A stretch of 64,000 nucleotides of DNA. It comes from Torpedo marmorata. Lineage: Eukaryota. The notes beneath the pieces are model-generated. The model saw only the letters and a program-made list of their open reading frames with translations, was not told the origin of the DNA and made no database searches. Both the position numbers and the translations under genes were made by a program. Position 1 is the stretch's first letter, and every line of letters begins with the position of its first letter. Location: contig OZ360223.1 in assembly GCA_977017645.1 (NCBI GenBank), positions 74,214,001 through 74,278,000 of the forward strand, read 5' to 3'. This document shows positions 39,202-52,154 of the stretch, piece by piece.

Positions 39202-39529
39202 TTTGAATTGTACATCTTTTCACTTCATCCTCTTCGTTTTCTTCATCACCATTTGATGACACATTTTCAGCCATTTCCACATTGCTGTCTTCATGTTCAG
39301 TCATTGTCTTCTGCAATGAGTTTGCAATGTCTTCATACCCATCAACCGAACCCGCTGCCTCTTCTACCTTTGCCAGCTTCAGTCTTGCAAAGAGAATACT
39401 TTTATTTCCACTTGTATCTAGTTTATGTCGCTTCAATTTTTCTTTGAGATCCGCAACCTTCATGTCTTCAATACGATGTTCCTCAACAGCAACATCAGCG
39501 ACTGCTGCGTCAGCTGCTGCTGCGGCCAT
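39202..39529 (-). pseudogene. SAP-domain (SAFB/SLTM-like) N-terminal extension of gag
   Basis: MAAAAADAAVADVAVEEHRIEDMKVADLKEKLKRHKLDTSGNKSILFARLKLA followed by an acidic tract; ATG at 39529. Confidence 0.8.
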
Positions 39530-42500
39530 TTTACTCGTCTTGTTCCACCGTCCTTCGAGAATACACAACACTAGCCAAATCAACAGTCAATAATATCGCT
39601 GATTTTCAAGAAATGGTTTCTCCAACGTATTTATAGGACACTTTGCAATAAGATTAGAAGCTCTAAATCCCTCTCTGGCTGTTACTCATGGCAGATGGAT
39701 GTGAATTACAAACTGCCCCTAACTCGAGGCATTTCCAAAATGGCCGCCATTTTATTTTAAATATCAGTCCAAAGCACAGAGAGCTTATTCTATCTTCTTT
39801 CCTTCCATTTTCTGTTCCAAACAATAAGTTTTCATTGACTAAATTGTAGTGACTTCAATCGAACAAATAGTCACTTGGAGGCTAGGTGAGATATCTGTTC
39901 TTGACGCGTTTCAATTAATTTACTAACAAGTCCAATAGGTTCAAAAACTTTAACACACGATGACTTGTAGCAATCTTCAATAACTTAAATATCTTCTTTA
40001 ACGAAATGCAAACAATCCTTGATAATGATGCTTAATAACGATTCTAAATAATGTTCCTTTAAAACAATTCTTTATAACGTCTTTAATAACGGTCAATGAA
40101 AACTATGACGATCTCACTCACCCTCCTCTAGGTAGCCATATTCTTATAATACTTCTTCCCTGAATAACGCGCATGCTCCACCGCACATACTCCACCGCGC
40201 ATACTCTACCGCACATACTCCAGCCACCTAACCCACTGCGCATGCACCTGTCGACACTCCCGTGCATGCGCAGAGTACTCAATAGGCGTTGCACGGCCTA
40301 CTAAACTCTGCGACTCCTCTGACACCCGCAGTATACATCGGAACGCCGCAATTAAGGTAAGACACGAGCCTTTGGCTCTTACAAATAGAAATAAGAAGGG
40401 GTAAGTACTTTGAATAGTCAGCAGCAGTTAGAGGGGCAAATCTGTCGGGAGATTGCAGACAGCTGTGGGAATAACAATGTCATAACACTTGGTTACTTCA
40501 ACTTCCACCCCATCCAAAGGGCCTGGATGGGGTGGAATTCATCAAATGTGTCCAAACAATATGTCGACATAAAGAGGGTGCAACATTGGATCCTCTAAGG
40601 AAATATGGGAGGGCAAATGATGGAGATGCCATTTGGATAGCACTTTGGAACTAGTCACCAAAATTAATTGTAAAATAAATATGGAAAAAATAGGACTGGT
40701 CTGCAATTTCCAATCCTAAATTTGGGTGTCTAATTTGGATGCCATTAAACAGAAATGTGAAAAGATTAACTGAAATAGGCTGTTTTCAGTTAATGAGGCA
40801 TTTAGCCCATTAATTATACCCAATGACTTGGTCTCCAAATTCTTGTGGCAACAAATTCCACAGATTCACACTCATCACTGTTTGAAAGGGACTTCCTTTT
40901 ATTCTGAAGCTTGCCCTCTTGCTCTAGACTCTCCTACAACTGGAAACAACTTTTCCACGCCCACTCTATCTTGCTGTTTCAAAATTTGGAATGTTTCAGA
41001 GATTCCCCCTTATCCTTTTAAACTCCAATGAGTATAGGCCCTAGGATTTCCAAATCTGCTACTTCTTTGCCCATTCTCCCAGCCTATCCAAGTCCCTCTG
41101 GAGACTCCCTACTTCCTCAACACAACCCACTCCTTCACCTCTCTTCGTATCGTCCATAAACTTGGTCACAAAGCTGTCAAAGTGTGACAAGTTGCAGACC
41201 CAACACTGACGCCTGCTGAACACCACTAGTCACTGGCAGCCAGCCAGAAAAAGGCCTCCTTTATTCCCACTCTATTCCTGCTACCTGTCAGCCAATCTAC
41301 TATCCATGCTGGTACCTTGCCTGTAATAACACATAATTCTACCTTGTTTAGCAGACTCATGTGTGGCACCTTGTCAAAGCCTTTCTGAAAATCCAAGGAA
41401 ACAACATCCACTGACCCTCCTTTGTCCGTCCTCAAAGAACTCCAACAGATTTGTAAGCCAAGATCTCCCCTGAAGGAAACCTTGCTGACTTCAGCCAATT
41501 TTATCTTGTGCTTTCAAGTACTCTGAAACCTTTACCTTGAGAATTTTGCCAACCACTAAAGTGATGTAAACTGGTCTACAATTTCCTGGCTTTTGCCCTC
41601 TCCCTTCTTAAAGAGTTGAGTGACAAGAGTGGATTCATCATTTAGGCAATTGGAATCAAGCCAGTCCTTTAAGCAATGTAGAGGATGTAGGAGTCCACTT
41701 AAGAGGGATAATAAAGAGGTAAATGAGGAGGTATGAGATGGCTCTGGCAGATAAGATTAAGGAGAATCCTAATAGATTCTGAAGTATACTAAAGGTATAA
41801 GAGCAATTGGAGAAAGAATATAGCCCTCTAAAGATAATCAAAGTTGTTAATGTGTGGAGCCACAGAATGTGGGGAAGTCCTGAACATGTATTTCTCATGT
41901 GTATTTACTGTGGAAAAAGACATGGATATTCGGGAACCTGGGGAAGTATATTGCCATGTATTGAAGAGAGACCCTGTTACAGAAGAGGAGGTGCTTGAGG
42001 TCTTAAAACACACAAAGTTAGTAGATAAATGTCGGGGCCTGATCAAGCATATCCTCCGACATCATGGGATGCTCAAGAAGAAATTGCAAGAGCATTGGCA
42101 GAGATATTTTCATCATTATTAAACATGATTGAGACATCAGAAGACTGGAGGATGGCTAATGTTGTGCCATTATTTAAAAAATGCTGCTCAGACAAGCCAG
42201 GGGACTACTGGCCAGTGAGCTTAACGTCAGTTTTTGGTAAGTTACTGGAGGGGATTCTAAGAGACTGAAAGCCAAGGACTGGTTAGAGACAGTGCATGGG
42301 ACATCATGTCTCACAAATATGACTGAGTTTTTTTGAAGATGTGATGAAGAAGATTGATGAGCACAGGGTGTAAATGTTGTCTACGACTTTTGAAAGGCCT
42401 TTGACAAGATCCCCGCATGGTCAGCTAGTCCGGAAGGTCAGATCGCATGCATCCAGGGTGAGCTAGTCAATTAGATATAGTGTTAGTTTTATGGTGGGAG

Positions 42501-42749
42501 ATGGAGGGTGGTAGTGGAGGGTTGTTACTTAAATTGGAGACTTGTGACCAAAGGTGTGCTGCAGATATGGATGCTGGGTCCTTTTTTGTCTGCACTTTGG
42601 TAGGTTAAACTAGGGCAGGGCATGGTAAATGGTTGACCCTTGGGGAGTGTTGAAGAACAAGAAACTTGGAGGTATTGGTACAAAGTTCCATGAAAGTGGT
42701 GACACAAATAGACAGGGAGGTGAAGCGGATCATACAGCGGAGTCCCAAT

Positions 42750-42920
42750 GCACGTTTGTACGTTCTCCCTGAGACTGCGTGGCTTTCCTCTGGGTGCTCC
42801 GGTTTCCTCCCACCCTCCAAAAACATACTGGGTTTGCAGGTTAATTGGTGTATGTGGGCAGCACGTGCACGTGTGCTTGAATGGCCTGAGTCTGTACTGT
42901 ATCTCTCAATTTAACTTAAT
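42750..42920 (+). mobile_element. V-SINE 3' part
   Basis: gtttgtacgttctccctgagactgcgtggctttcctctgggtgctccggtttcctcccac. Confidence 0.8.
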
Positions 42921-42924
42921 ATAA

Positions 42925-44054
42925 CTTTTTACTCTGGTTGAGTATCCTCTTCTCCCCAACCCTCGGACCTCGTCCCCTCTCTCTGGCTGCCCCCCCTGCC
43001 CTCCTCTCCCCCCTCTTGCCTCCCCCACCCCCCACCTCCCCCCTCCAACCTCCCCCACCCCCACCTCCCCCCTCTGGCCTCCCCCAACTCCCACCTTCCC
43101 CCCCTCTGACCTCCCCAACTCCCATCCCCCCGCAGGCACCCCCAACCCCCCTCCTCCTCCCTCCAACCTCCCCCACCTTTCATCTCCACCCTCGGACCTT
43201 CCCAACCCTCTCCCTCCCCCCCAACACCCTCCACAACACCGATCCCCACTCTAACCCCTGCTTGGTTTTTATTATCCCCTCTGACCTTCGCCTCTCTGAG
43301 ACGGAGCGCTCGGTCCTCAGTAGAGGCCTCACCTTCGTCCCCCTCCGCCAACACCTCAACGAGTTCCGTGCACACTGCAATGCCAAACTCTTCTTCCGTC
43401 ACCTTCGCCTCTGGGCTCACTTCCATGACCGTGACTCTCCACCCCGCACCCAAGACCCTTTCTTCCGCTTCAAGACTTCTTCCTCTTCCTGGACACCTCG
43501 TCCTGGCCAGCTGCCCGCTCTGGACCTTTTTATTTCCAACTGCCGCCGAGACATCAACCGTCTCAACTTCACCACCCCCTCTCGTATTCCAACCTCACCT
43601 CCTCAGAACACTCTGCCCTCCACTCTCTCCGCAACAATCTCAACCTCACCATCAAACCCGCAGACAAGGGCGGTGCAGTTGTGGTCTGGCGCACTGACCT
43701 CTACCTTGCCGAGGCCAGTCGACAGCTCTCAGACACCTCCTCCTACCGACCCCTCCCTTGGGACCCCACCACTACACATCAAGCCACTGTCTCCAACACC
43801 ATCTCCGACCTCATCAGCTTCAGTCACCTCCCCTCCACGGCCACCAACCTCATTCTCTCTCACTCCCGCACTGCCCATTTCTACCTTCTACCCAAGATAC
43901 ACAAACCCAACCATCCGGGCAGACCCATTGTTTCTGCCTGCTAAAAAAAGATACTTTGATGAAGGGCTCAAGCCCGAAAAGTCGGTTATGTATTTCTACC
44001 TTTGCTACATAAAAGACACTGCTGAGCTTCTCCAGCATTTGTGTTTTTTTACTT
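42925..44054 (+). mobile_element. Internally deleted Penelope element (C-rich leader, ORF N-terminus, RT start, pLTR)
   Basis: LSETERSVLSRGLTFVP, KPADKGGAVVVWRTDLY, FYLLPKIHKP..PGRPIVSAC, then directly the pLTR at 43943-44054. Confidence 0.9.
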
Positions 44055-47000
44055 ATCCCAGTTGTTCAGTGTGTTTATTGTCAATTTCATTGCCAAAGAT
44101 CCACTTCACAATCAATAGCAGCTCAAATCCTAGTAGAATCTGGTGAATTTGTGTGGAAGGATTGGAGGTCTATGGCAAGCTTCATCTCAGCACTAGACCA
44201 GAAAAATCATGCCTTATAAATAACCAGGACACCAAGGAATCTGTTAAATCACTGATTGTAATAAAATAATATTCACAGATACAAAATAGAGACACATAGT
44301 GGTAGAAAGCTGAAGACGTCAAACATGTTTTTTTCTTTTTGACAATGAATTCAAAGTGTGAAAGTTTAAAAATAGTTGACACTGAGATTGGGACCCAAGT
44401 CAATGTTCTCATTACTTTTCAAAGAAGGGTGATGATTTTTTTAGACTGTTATGAATTGTACAATTTGGAAAGCTTTCAATCTTGTGAGCCAACATGCTAT
44501 TAATTCCATTTCTCACAATATTATTTAAAATTTAATCGAAGAGCATGTCTTCAACTCTACTGGTTAGCTCATCAGACAGTTACCGTGGATTTGTGAAGCA
44601 TGGCCCAATACTGCAAAAACCATGACCAATTGCTGCTCAAACTAAATTTCCCTTTGAGTTTCTGTGCCCTTTGGTTGAATGATGACAGCATACTGTCAAA
44701 CCTGTTTAGCCTTTTTCCTGAGTGCTGACTGATCTTCAATTTTCTGCTTGATGCTTCACATCAATTTTGAATATTGAGATGACCTCTGGTTCAAATACCT
44801 TTGTTCATGAAGTTCCTGAAAAGATTAATACAATCATTCTCTTGTCACTCATACATTAGATTGAGGATTTCAGCATCAAACCTTGTGGATCTGTAATGGT
44901 TTAATTTTTATCACAAGGCATGCACTGCTGACCTTCACAGAAGTGTTAGGCTTTGAAGTCAATATGAATGATTTATATTTTCTGATATTTTCACCTTGGT
45001 TATTCTATAAGGATCCGAATGGGCATTTATACTGCTTCTCTGCACAAAATGTTCAATATCGAAAATGCTTTTAATGTTTGCTCTGTGCAAATATATATTT
45101 TTTCCAAAATATATTTATTGAGCATCAAAAACAACTTCATACACATTATGCAGATGTTCATTGTGCTCCTATTTTCTTTTTATTTTAAACAGAAAAACCA
45201 ACACACATATACACAAATGTTCACACACACCCTCAGATGCACGCCCAGATCCCCACCTCCTGACCACCTTGGCACCTTTGCTGACAGAATCATCAGTATA
45301 TCATCGATTGTACTGGTACAACCGTCTCACAGTTAGTCTTTTACTCTGTAAGTACTCATAATTCAGAGAAAAAACACATAAAAGGTTGCCGTTTGTGGAA
45401 AAATTTTCCGGTGGACCCTCTTAATGTGTATTTGATTTTCTCTAGTTTGATAAAGAAACTGATATCCTTAATCCATTGTGTAATAAAGAACCCCTATCAG
45501 ACTTCCAGTGTAATAAGATTAGACGTTTGGCTAATAGGGATGTAAATGCTATCGCGTCTTTCTGCAGGGAATTTAGGGAGTTGTCGAAGATTCTAAATAT
45601 TGCAGTCAAAGGGCAGGGTTGCAAATTGACTTTAAATATTTTGGATAGCGTGCTTATAGACTCCGCTCCAGAACCCTTGTATTTTGGGGCATTGATAAAA
45701 CATGTGACTTAGGTGGCAAGGGGAGCCATTACACTGATTGCTTTTGTCCTCTATTTCAGGATAAATGGCTGACAGTCTGGATTTTGAAAAGTGAACCCTG
45801 TGCAGCACCTTGAACTGAATGAGTCCCAAGCGAGCGCAGGAGGTGGTAGAACAAATTCTATCAATAGTCTCTTCCCACAGTTTCCCCTCAATTTCCATTT
45901 CTTGCTCCCATTCTGTCTTTATTTTGAAAAGTGAATGACTTAATCGACAGAATAGAGCTATAATTTTTTGAAATTGTCCCTCTCACTCCTGGATTAGCTG
46001 ATATTAAATCTTCCCAGGGTTGTTTGGCAGGTAAATGAGGGAAGTTTGGGAAAGCCTTTGAAATAAAATGTTAAATCTGCAAGTAACAAAATAAGTGTGA
46101 TGCAGGTAAACCATATGTGTGTGACAGAGAGGTGAAGCTGCTAAACACTCCTTCTGCATAAAGATCTTGAAGACATTGGATACCTTTAGTTTGCCATGTA
46201 TTACAAAAAGAATCAGACTGAAGGTGAAAATAAGTGATTGTTATTTAAGGGACCTGAACGGATGCCGCTGCCCACTTAAAGTGACGTCTAATCTGGTACC
46301 AAAGTATTACCGTATTGAGCACCACTGGGCTGTTGGTGTGGTTAGAGGGTTTTATGGGCAATGAAGAATACTGTATACCATGGTGGCTAAAGACGACGAT
46401 TTACAAGACGACTCTTCCAGTTTACACCAGGAAAGCTCAGGGGAATACACCCAGTAATTTAGCTTATGTAAATGCTGCCCAGTAGTAAAATTGGGAATTG
46501 GGAAGAGCGAGTCCTCCACGAACCAATTTGCAATAATGCCTTTTGGACCCTTGGAGATTTCCCCTTCCAAATAAAGGATGAAATTATTTTATCCAGCGAG
46601 GTGAAAAAATATGTTGGAAGAAATAAAGGAATGGTTTGAAACAAGAAAAGGAATCTTGGTAAAATATTCATTTTGACTACATTTATTCTGCCCATTAGTG
46701 ACAGGGGCAAATTGCTCCATCTCCGAAAATCTGATTTCACCTGGTCGATAAGAGAAGTAATTTTTTTTATTAGGAGATTGGAGAATGTGCGTGTGATGGT
46801 TACACCTAGGTACTTGAAACCTGATTAACGAAACTGAAAAGGCAGGTCTGATTGGTAAAGTTGCAGAGCTGCTGTGTTGATGGGGTAACATTCACTCTTT
46901 TGAAGATTCAATTTATAACCTGAAAAAGAGCCATACTCCTCCAGAATGGATAGAATGGAGGGAGTGCTTCTCTGTGGGTCTGTTACAAACAGCAGCAAGT

Positions 47001-47667
47001 CATCAGCATACAGTGAAACTCTCTTTTCAAGTCCATTTCGGACAATGCCTTTAAATGTAGGGGAAGACTGTAACATAATTTATAGTGGTTCGATTGCAAT
47101 GGAAAAATAAGAGGAGATAGGGGACACCCTTGTCGGGTACCGCGTTCCAAAGCAAAATAGAGTGAGTATTGTTTGTGTGAACCGATGCTTGTGGTGCAGT
47201 GTATAGAAAGTGAATCCAGGAGATAAACTTGTTACCAAATCCAAATTTCTTTAATACTGCAAAATGATACTACCACTCTACCCTATCAAAGGCTTTTTCA
47301 GCATCTAGCGAAATTACAACTTCCGGAGACTTTGTCGAGTGTTTAGAGTAAATGATGTTGAAGAGTGTACGAATGTTAAACGACAAGTGACACTGTTTTA
47401 TTAAACCATTCTGCACTTCAGATATGATCTTTGGTAACACTCCTTCTAGTCGAGATACTATGACCTTGGCTAACACTGACATCAGTATTAAGCTGAGATA
47501 ACGGCCTATAGGAGCCACATGACATGGGATCTTTCTTCAGGAGGAAATTTATTGATGCTCTGGTTAAGGTAGTTGGTAAAATTCCTCGCTCCAGTGCTTC
47601 AGTCAACACTGATAATAATAGTGGGACTAGTTTATCATTAAACTTTTTATAAAACTCCATTAGAAAT

Positions 47668-48001
47668 ATTTAAATATGTTGCCCTGCATCCCAGGCCCCG
47701 CTGACTCTCCTAAGTTTAAATTTGAAGAATGAACATTGCTGAATCTCTTACATCGAGCCATGGATGTGTATAGATATATTTTCAATTGTGCTTTTCCATT
47801 CTCTTTTCCTTTTTAGTTCTAGTATGGGGAGGGGGTAAGGGATGGGAAGGGTGGAGGGTGGGTTGTTTTAGTAAGGGTGGGTTTAGATGGGGTTAGATTC
47901 ATGGTAATACGAAACTACTATGTTTTGAACTTAACTGATGTGTAATGTACATTTTACATTATTTTGTATTATTGTGAAAAAATTGAAAACCTTAAAATAA
48001 A

Positions 48002-48040
<39 letters not shown>

Positions 48041-48041
48041 A
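47668..48041 (+). mobile_element. Short L1 3' tail with long poly(A), inserted antisense into the L1 RT region
   Basis: AATAAA followed by ~32 A; TSD agaaat at 47662-47667 and 48042-48047; host frame rejoins as ..RFLMEFYKK. Confidence 0.85.
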
Positions 48042-48615
48042 AGAAATCTGTTGGAGTCTGGAGACTGCATTGCTTTAATTGACAGTGTAATCTCATCCAA
48101 AGTGAGTGAGACATCCAGTTCCTTAACCTGGTTAGGGTTAATGATCAGAGTAGTAAAATGGTTAAGAAACTGGTTCATTTTGGTGTCATCAGAAGCTTAT
48201 TCGGATTTGTAGAGTGACGAGCAGAAAGATTTAAAGGCAGCATTGATTTCCATGGGATCAGATGTTATGTTATTGAGGGGTCTCTAATTTGGGGTATCAG
48301 CCTTGATGCAGCCTGATGTTTCAGTTGGTGGGCCAATAGGCGGCTTGCCTTTTCCCCATGTTCGTAATGTGAACCATGAGTTTGCATTAATAACCGCCCC
48401 GCCTGTGAGGTTGATACAAGATCAAATTCCACTTGTAAATCAAGATGTTACTTGTATAATTCTGGGGATGGACAAACTGCGTAGCATTGATCCATTTCAC
48501 TAATAGCGGATGTTAGTTCATTGATCCCAGCAGTGCATTTCTTATTTAATGATACTGAGTATGAAATTATTTGACCCCTCATATAATACTTAAGTGACTT
48601 CCAAAGTAGGGAATA

Positions 48616-50087
48616 GGAGGTCTTCACAGACATCTTCAACACCTCACTGCAGCAGTCCATTGTTCCCGCAGAGTTCAAGACAGCCACCATTATCCCAATA
48701 CCAAAGAGGGCGACAATAACAGGCCTCAATTACTATCGCCCTGTGACACTGACCTCCTCCATTATGAAATGCTTCGATCGTCTGGTGATGGAACACATCA
48801 AAGCACACCTCCCAGAGATGCTGGACCCATTTCAATTCACCTATAGAAGAAACCGTTCCACAGACGATGCTATAGCCTTGTTGCTTCACTCCGTCCTGGC
48901 CTACCTGGAGAACAATGCCTCACACGCCAGGCTGCTGTTCATTAACTTCAGCTCGGCATTTAATACGATCATTCCCCAGAGGCTAGTGGAGAAGCTGCCC
49001 TCGCTGGGAATCAACACCCCTCTCTGTAACTGGATTTTGGACTTCCTAGTGGAAAGACCGCAGTCTGTCCGAGTCGGTAACAGAACGTCAAGCCCCGTCA
49101 CGCTGAGCACTGACGCACCTCAGGGTTGTGTGCTCAGCCCGCTCCTGTTCACGTTACTGACCCACGACTACATCACCAGATCCAGCTCCAACAGTGTCAT
49201 CAAGTTTGCAGATGACACAACAGTAGTTGACCTCATCAGCAACAATGATGAGTCGCATTACGGAAAAGAGGTGGAAAATCGCGTGAAATGGTGCGAGAGT
49301 AACAAACTGAGTCTCAACGTGGACAAGGCAAAGGAGATGATCGTGAACTTCAGGAAGACCAGGAATGACCACCCTCCACTACACATCAACAGCTCTGTAG
49401 TAGAGAGAGTGGAGAGAACCAAGTTCCTTGGAGTTCACTTAACTAGTGACCTATCGTGGGCACACAATATCTCCTCACTTGTCAGGATGGAGCAACAGTG
49501 ACTACACTTCCTGAGAAGACTGAAGCGGGCAAGAACCAGCTATGTCAACCTTCTATGGGAGCTCTAACGAGAACGTCCTGGCCGGCTGCATCACAGTGTG
49601 GTACGGTTGCTGCAGAGAAATGGATCGAAGATCAATCCACAGGACCATAAGAGTAGCATAGAGGATCATGAGAGTCTCCTTTCCCCCATCGACGTGATCT
49701 ACTGGGATCGTTGTCTGAAGAGGGTGCGCAAAATAATTGAAGACTCCTTCCACCCTGCACACAGAATCTTTCAGCTGCTCCCATTGGAAGAGATACAGGA
49801 ATATCAGAGTCAGCACCACCAGGCTGAGGAACAGCTTCTTCCCACGGGCAGTGAGAACACTGAACAACCAAAGGAACTGTTTACACTAACAATCCGAGGC
49901 TCTCATATGTACAAAACAATATTTATTTGTAAAGATTAAATACTTGACCTGCATATGTATTGTTTGTATATATGTGTGTTATGTCTGATTGTGTGTCTGC
50001 ATGTTTTGCACTGAGGACCGGAGGACGCTGTTTCAGTGGGTTGTACTTGTCCAATCAGATGTCAATAAACTTGACTTGACTTTACTT
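48616..50087 (+). mobile_element. Rex1/Babar-type LINE inserted in the L1
   Basis: [26 protein letters not shown]; tail caataaacttgacttgac; ggaggt at both junctions. Confidence 0.9.
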
Positions 50088-51224
50088 GGGGAGGTTGACT
50101 CTTTTTGATTGTGAGAGAGGAAATCACTGATAGAGTCTGATATATGTTCACAAAATTTTTGTCTGCCAGAAGAAGGGAATTAAGTCTCCAGCGCGGTGGG
50201 TTAATGGATGATTGGGTCGTTGAAGGTCTAATAATAATGGTGCCGATCAGAATACTGGAATAAATGAGAAAACTACACATGGATTGAGAGAGCCATCCAA
50301 TAAGAAATAGTCTATCCTAGATTATGAATTGTGAACTTTAGAAAAGATTGAACATTTTTTGTTGAGGGATTGCAAAATCTCCAAGGGTCAATCAGCCCGT
50401 TCTGTAGCATAAAATTAGTAAACGACCTGGCCATGGTGGATCGGGAAGTGCTGTGGGGGTTATATTGGTCTTGAACCGGATCCATAACACAACTTAAATC
50501 CCTCCCCTCTCCCCAAATTACCATGTGGGTATCTAATGAGGGAAGCCTACTTAATAGCATGTTAGCAAATGAGACGTCATCGAAAATGGGTGCATAGACA
50601 TTGACCAGTAGCACCTGTTTCTGCAAAAGCTTACCTGCCACTATGATTTATCTACCATTTCTGTCTGCTATCACATTAGATGGTACAAATTGGATATTTT
50701 TATTTTTTAAGGTAGTGCCCCCTCGTGATTTAGAGTTGAAATTGGAATGAAAAACCTGACTTTCTCTGTGCTAGCACTGTCAACTGGGCCATCAAACCAG
50801 AATTAAGAGATGGTGGGAAGAAGCTACAAGATGAGTGCATGGAATGATGTTTTTTTCTCCTGCACGGTATCAATGAAGGATGTGATTCTGAACCTTTACT
50901 CGATATTTTAAGGTTTGTTCTCGTTATTCAGGACAACAGTAACAATGTTGGCCATGAAAGAAGGTACAGCTACATCATTTACAACTAAGTCCTCACACAT
51001 GCACTACGATGGTGGCCATTTCTCCACCTACTCTTTTATACTTAGCACTAGCTTGGTATTTTTCAGAGCAGGTCAAAGAGGACATCGCACATTGAGTCAC
51101 ACAACTGACATATGACATCACTATCATGACAGCACCTGCATCTCATCTTTCCCCTTTGTCTTGTAGAAAACAGTAGCAGTTGTGTGTATCAATAACAAGT
51201 GAGGAACTCTTCCCGTTCAAGGCA

Positions 51225-51530
51225 AATGAGAGTGGATGAATGGTGAATGAGGTTCTTCCACTTTCTCATCAGCATTGGGGTAACATAAGCCATTGACAGT
51301 ACAGCCAAGAAAGCACATAAACACCTCTACCTCCTGAGAAGCCTGAAGAAAGTCAGCATGTTCCGAATGTCGCTGACCAATTTTTAAAGAAGCACCAGAG
51401 GAAGTATCATGCCTGGATGTATCCCAGCTCGGCATGGGATCTACTCTCCCCAAGACTGCAAGAAATTGCAGAGTTGTGAACGCAACTCAGGCCATCACAC
51501 ACACCAGCATCCCTTCCACCTGCTTCATAA
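51225..51530 (+). mobile_element. Old Rex1-type RT C-terminal remnant
   Basis: TAKKAHKHLYLLRSLKK-like reading. Confidence 0.65.
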
Positions 51531-51534
51531 TCCA

Positions 51535-52154
51535 TGTGCTTGTGCCTGGAGGGTTATCTGACCAGGCAGGTCAAAAGTCATTTCATCATGCCAATTAAGG
51601 TTAGATCCACCCACCTTACGATTGGCTCTCTTGAAGACCTTGCCTCATTTGGGCATACCTGAGCCAGACCCTCTAGCCAGCTACAGTATAAAGCCCACTA
51701 CATGGAGAAGCTCTCTCTTTTTTCCCCCTGAGAACGAACCCCAGCTCCAATCCAGGTTGCGAGCCGTGGATGACTCTGGAGAGTCAATTGTAAGGTGTGT
51801 ACCGGTAAAGGGTGTTGTGGTGCATACCTAGAAAGGACTGCTGTGCCTTATTCTTGTTATCAATGTGATTAGATTCTGTCATTAAGTGGGATACCATGCC
51901 TGTGGGTACTGTTTGTTTAACCCTCGTTTCACTATCGGGAGTTGCGATTATCAGTGATTTATCGGGAGGTTACGATTAGCAGTAATTAACCAGTGTCCGA
52001 TGCGCATGAATTGTGTGTAGTTTCTTTGTCTGAGTGTGTGAGTGTGATCCCTGTTGCAACTTCCCCCGTGTGTAAATTAAGATCCTTGTTTGTTATTGAA
52101 CTGTGTTCAGACTCATCCCTTCTTGGATCCTCCAAACTTGTTCTCCACATCACA
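51535..52154 (+). mobile_element. Solo LTR related to 56898-57532
   Basis: Shared blocks caattaaggtt, tataaag, ccctgttgc, ctgtgttcaga; ends catcaca; left boundary uncertain. Confidence 0.6.

Larger units (their letters stand above)
35224..40383 (-). mobile_element. BEL/Pao-derived non-autonomous LTR element: SAP-gag-protease plus non-viral coding, no RT/RH/IN
   Basis: LTRs 35224-35764 and 39845-40383 (TG..CA), TSD AATAG (35219-35223 / 40384-40388), PPT taggggccgg; DUF1759-type LPKKEIQTFDGNPLQY, Cys/His knuckles, AFL(N)[19 protein letters not shown]. Confidence 0.93.
34940..42720 (+). mobile_element. Old CR1 ORF2 scaffold interrupted by the BEL element (35224-40383) and an inverted CR1 piece (~40830-41620)
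   Basis: Flanks rejoin across the TSD as EAIWVENRNKKG (CR1 EN); later EDWRMANVVPLFKK, YWPVSLTSVFGKLLEGILRD. Confidence 0.8.
45090..50761 (-). mobile_element. 5'-truncated L1/Tx1-like LINE with two nested insertions
   Basis: LVNVYAP, RWRLNSLLL, SLDAEKAFDRVEW, SLYADD, GRINVVKMNILP, C-terminal Cys/His motif; AATAAA and A-rich tail at ~45095-45120. Confidence 0.9.

Noticed and set aside
42938-44146. 402-aa proline-rich ORF resembling an extensin/formin
   Set aside because: It is the C-rich Penelope leader plus a frameshifted Penelope ORF, not a host gene
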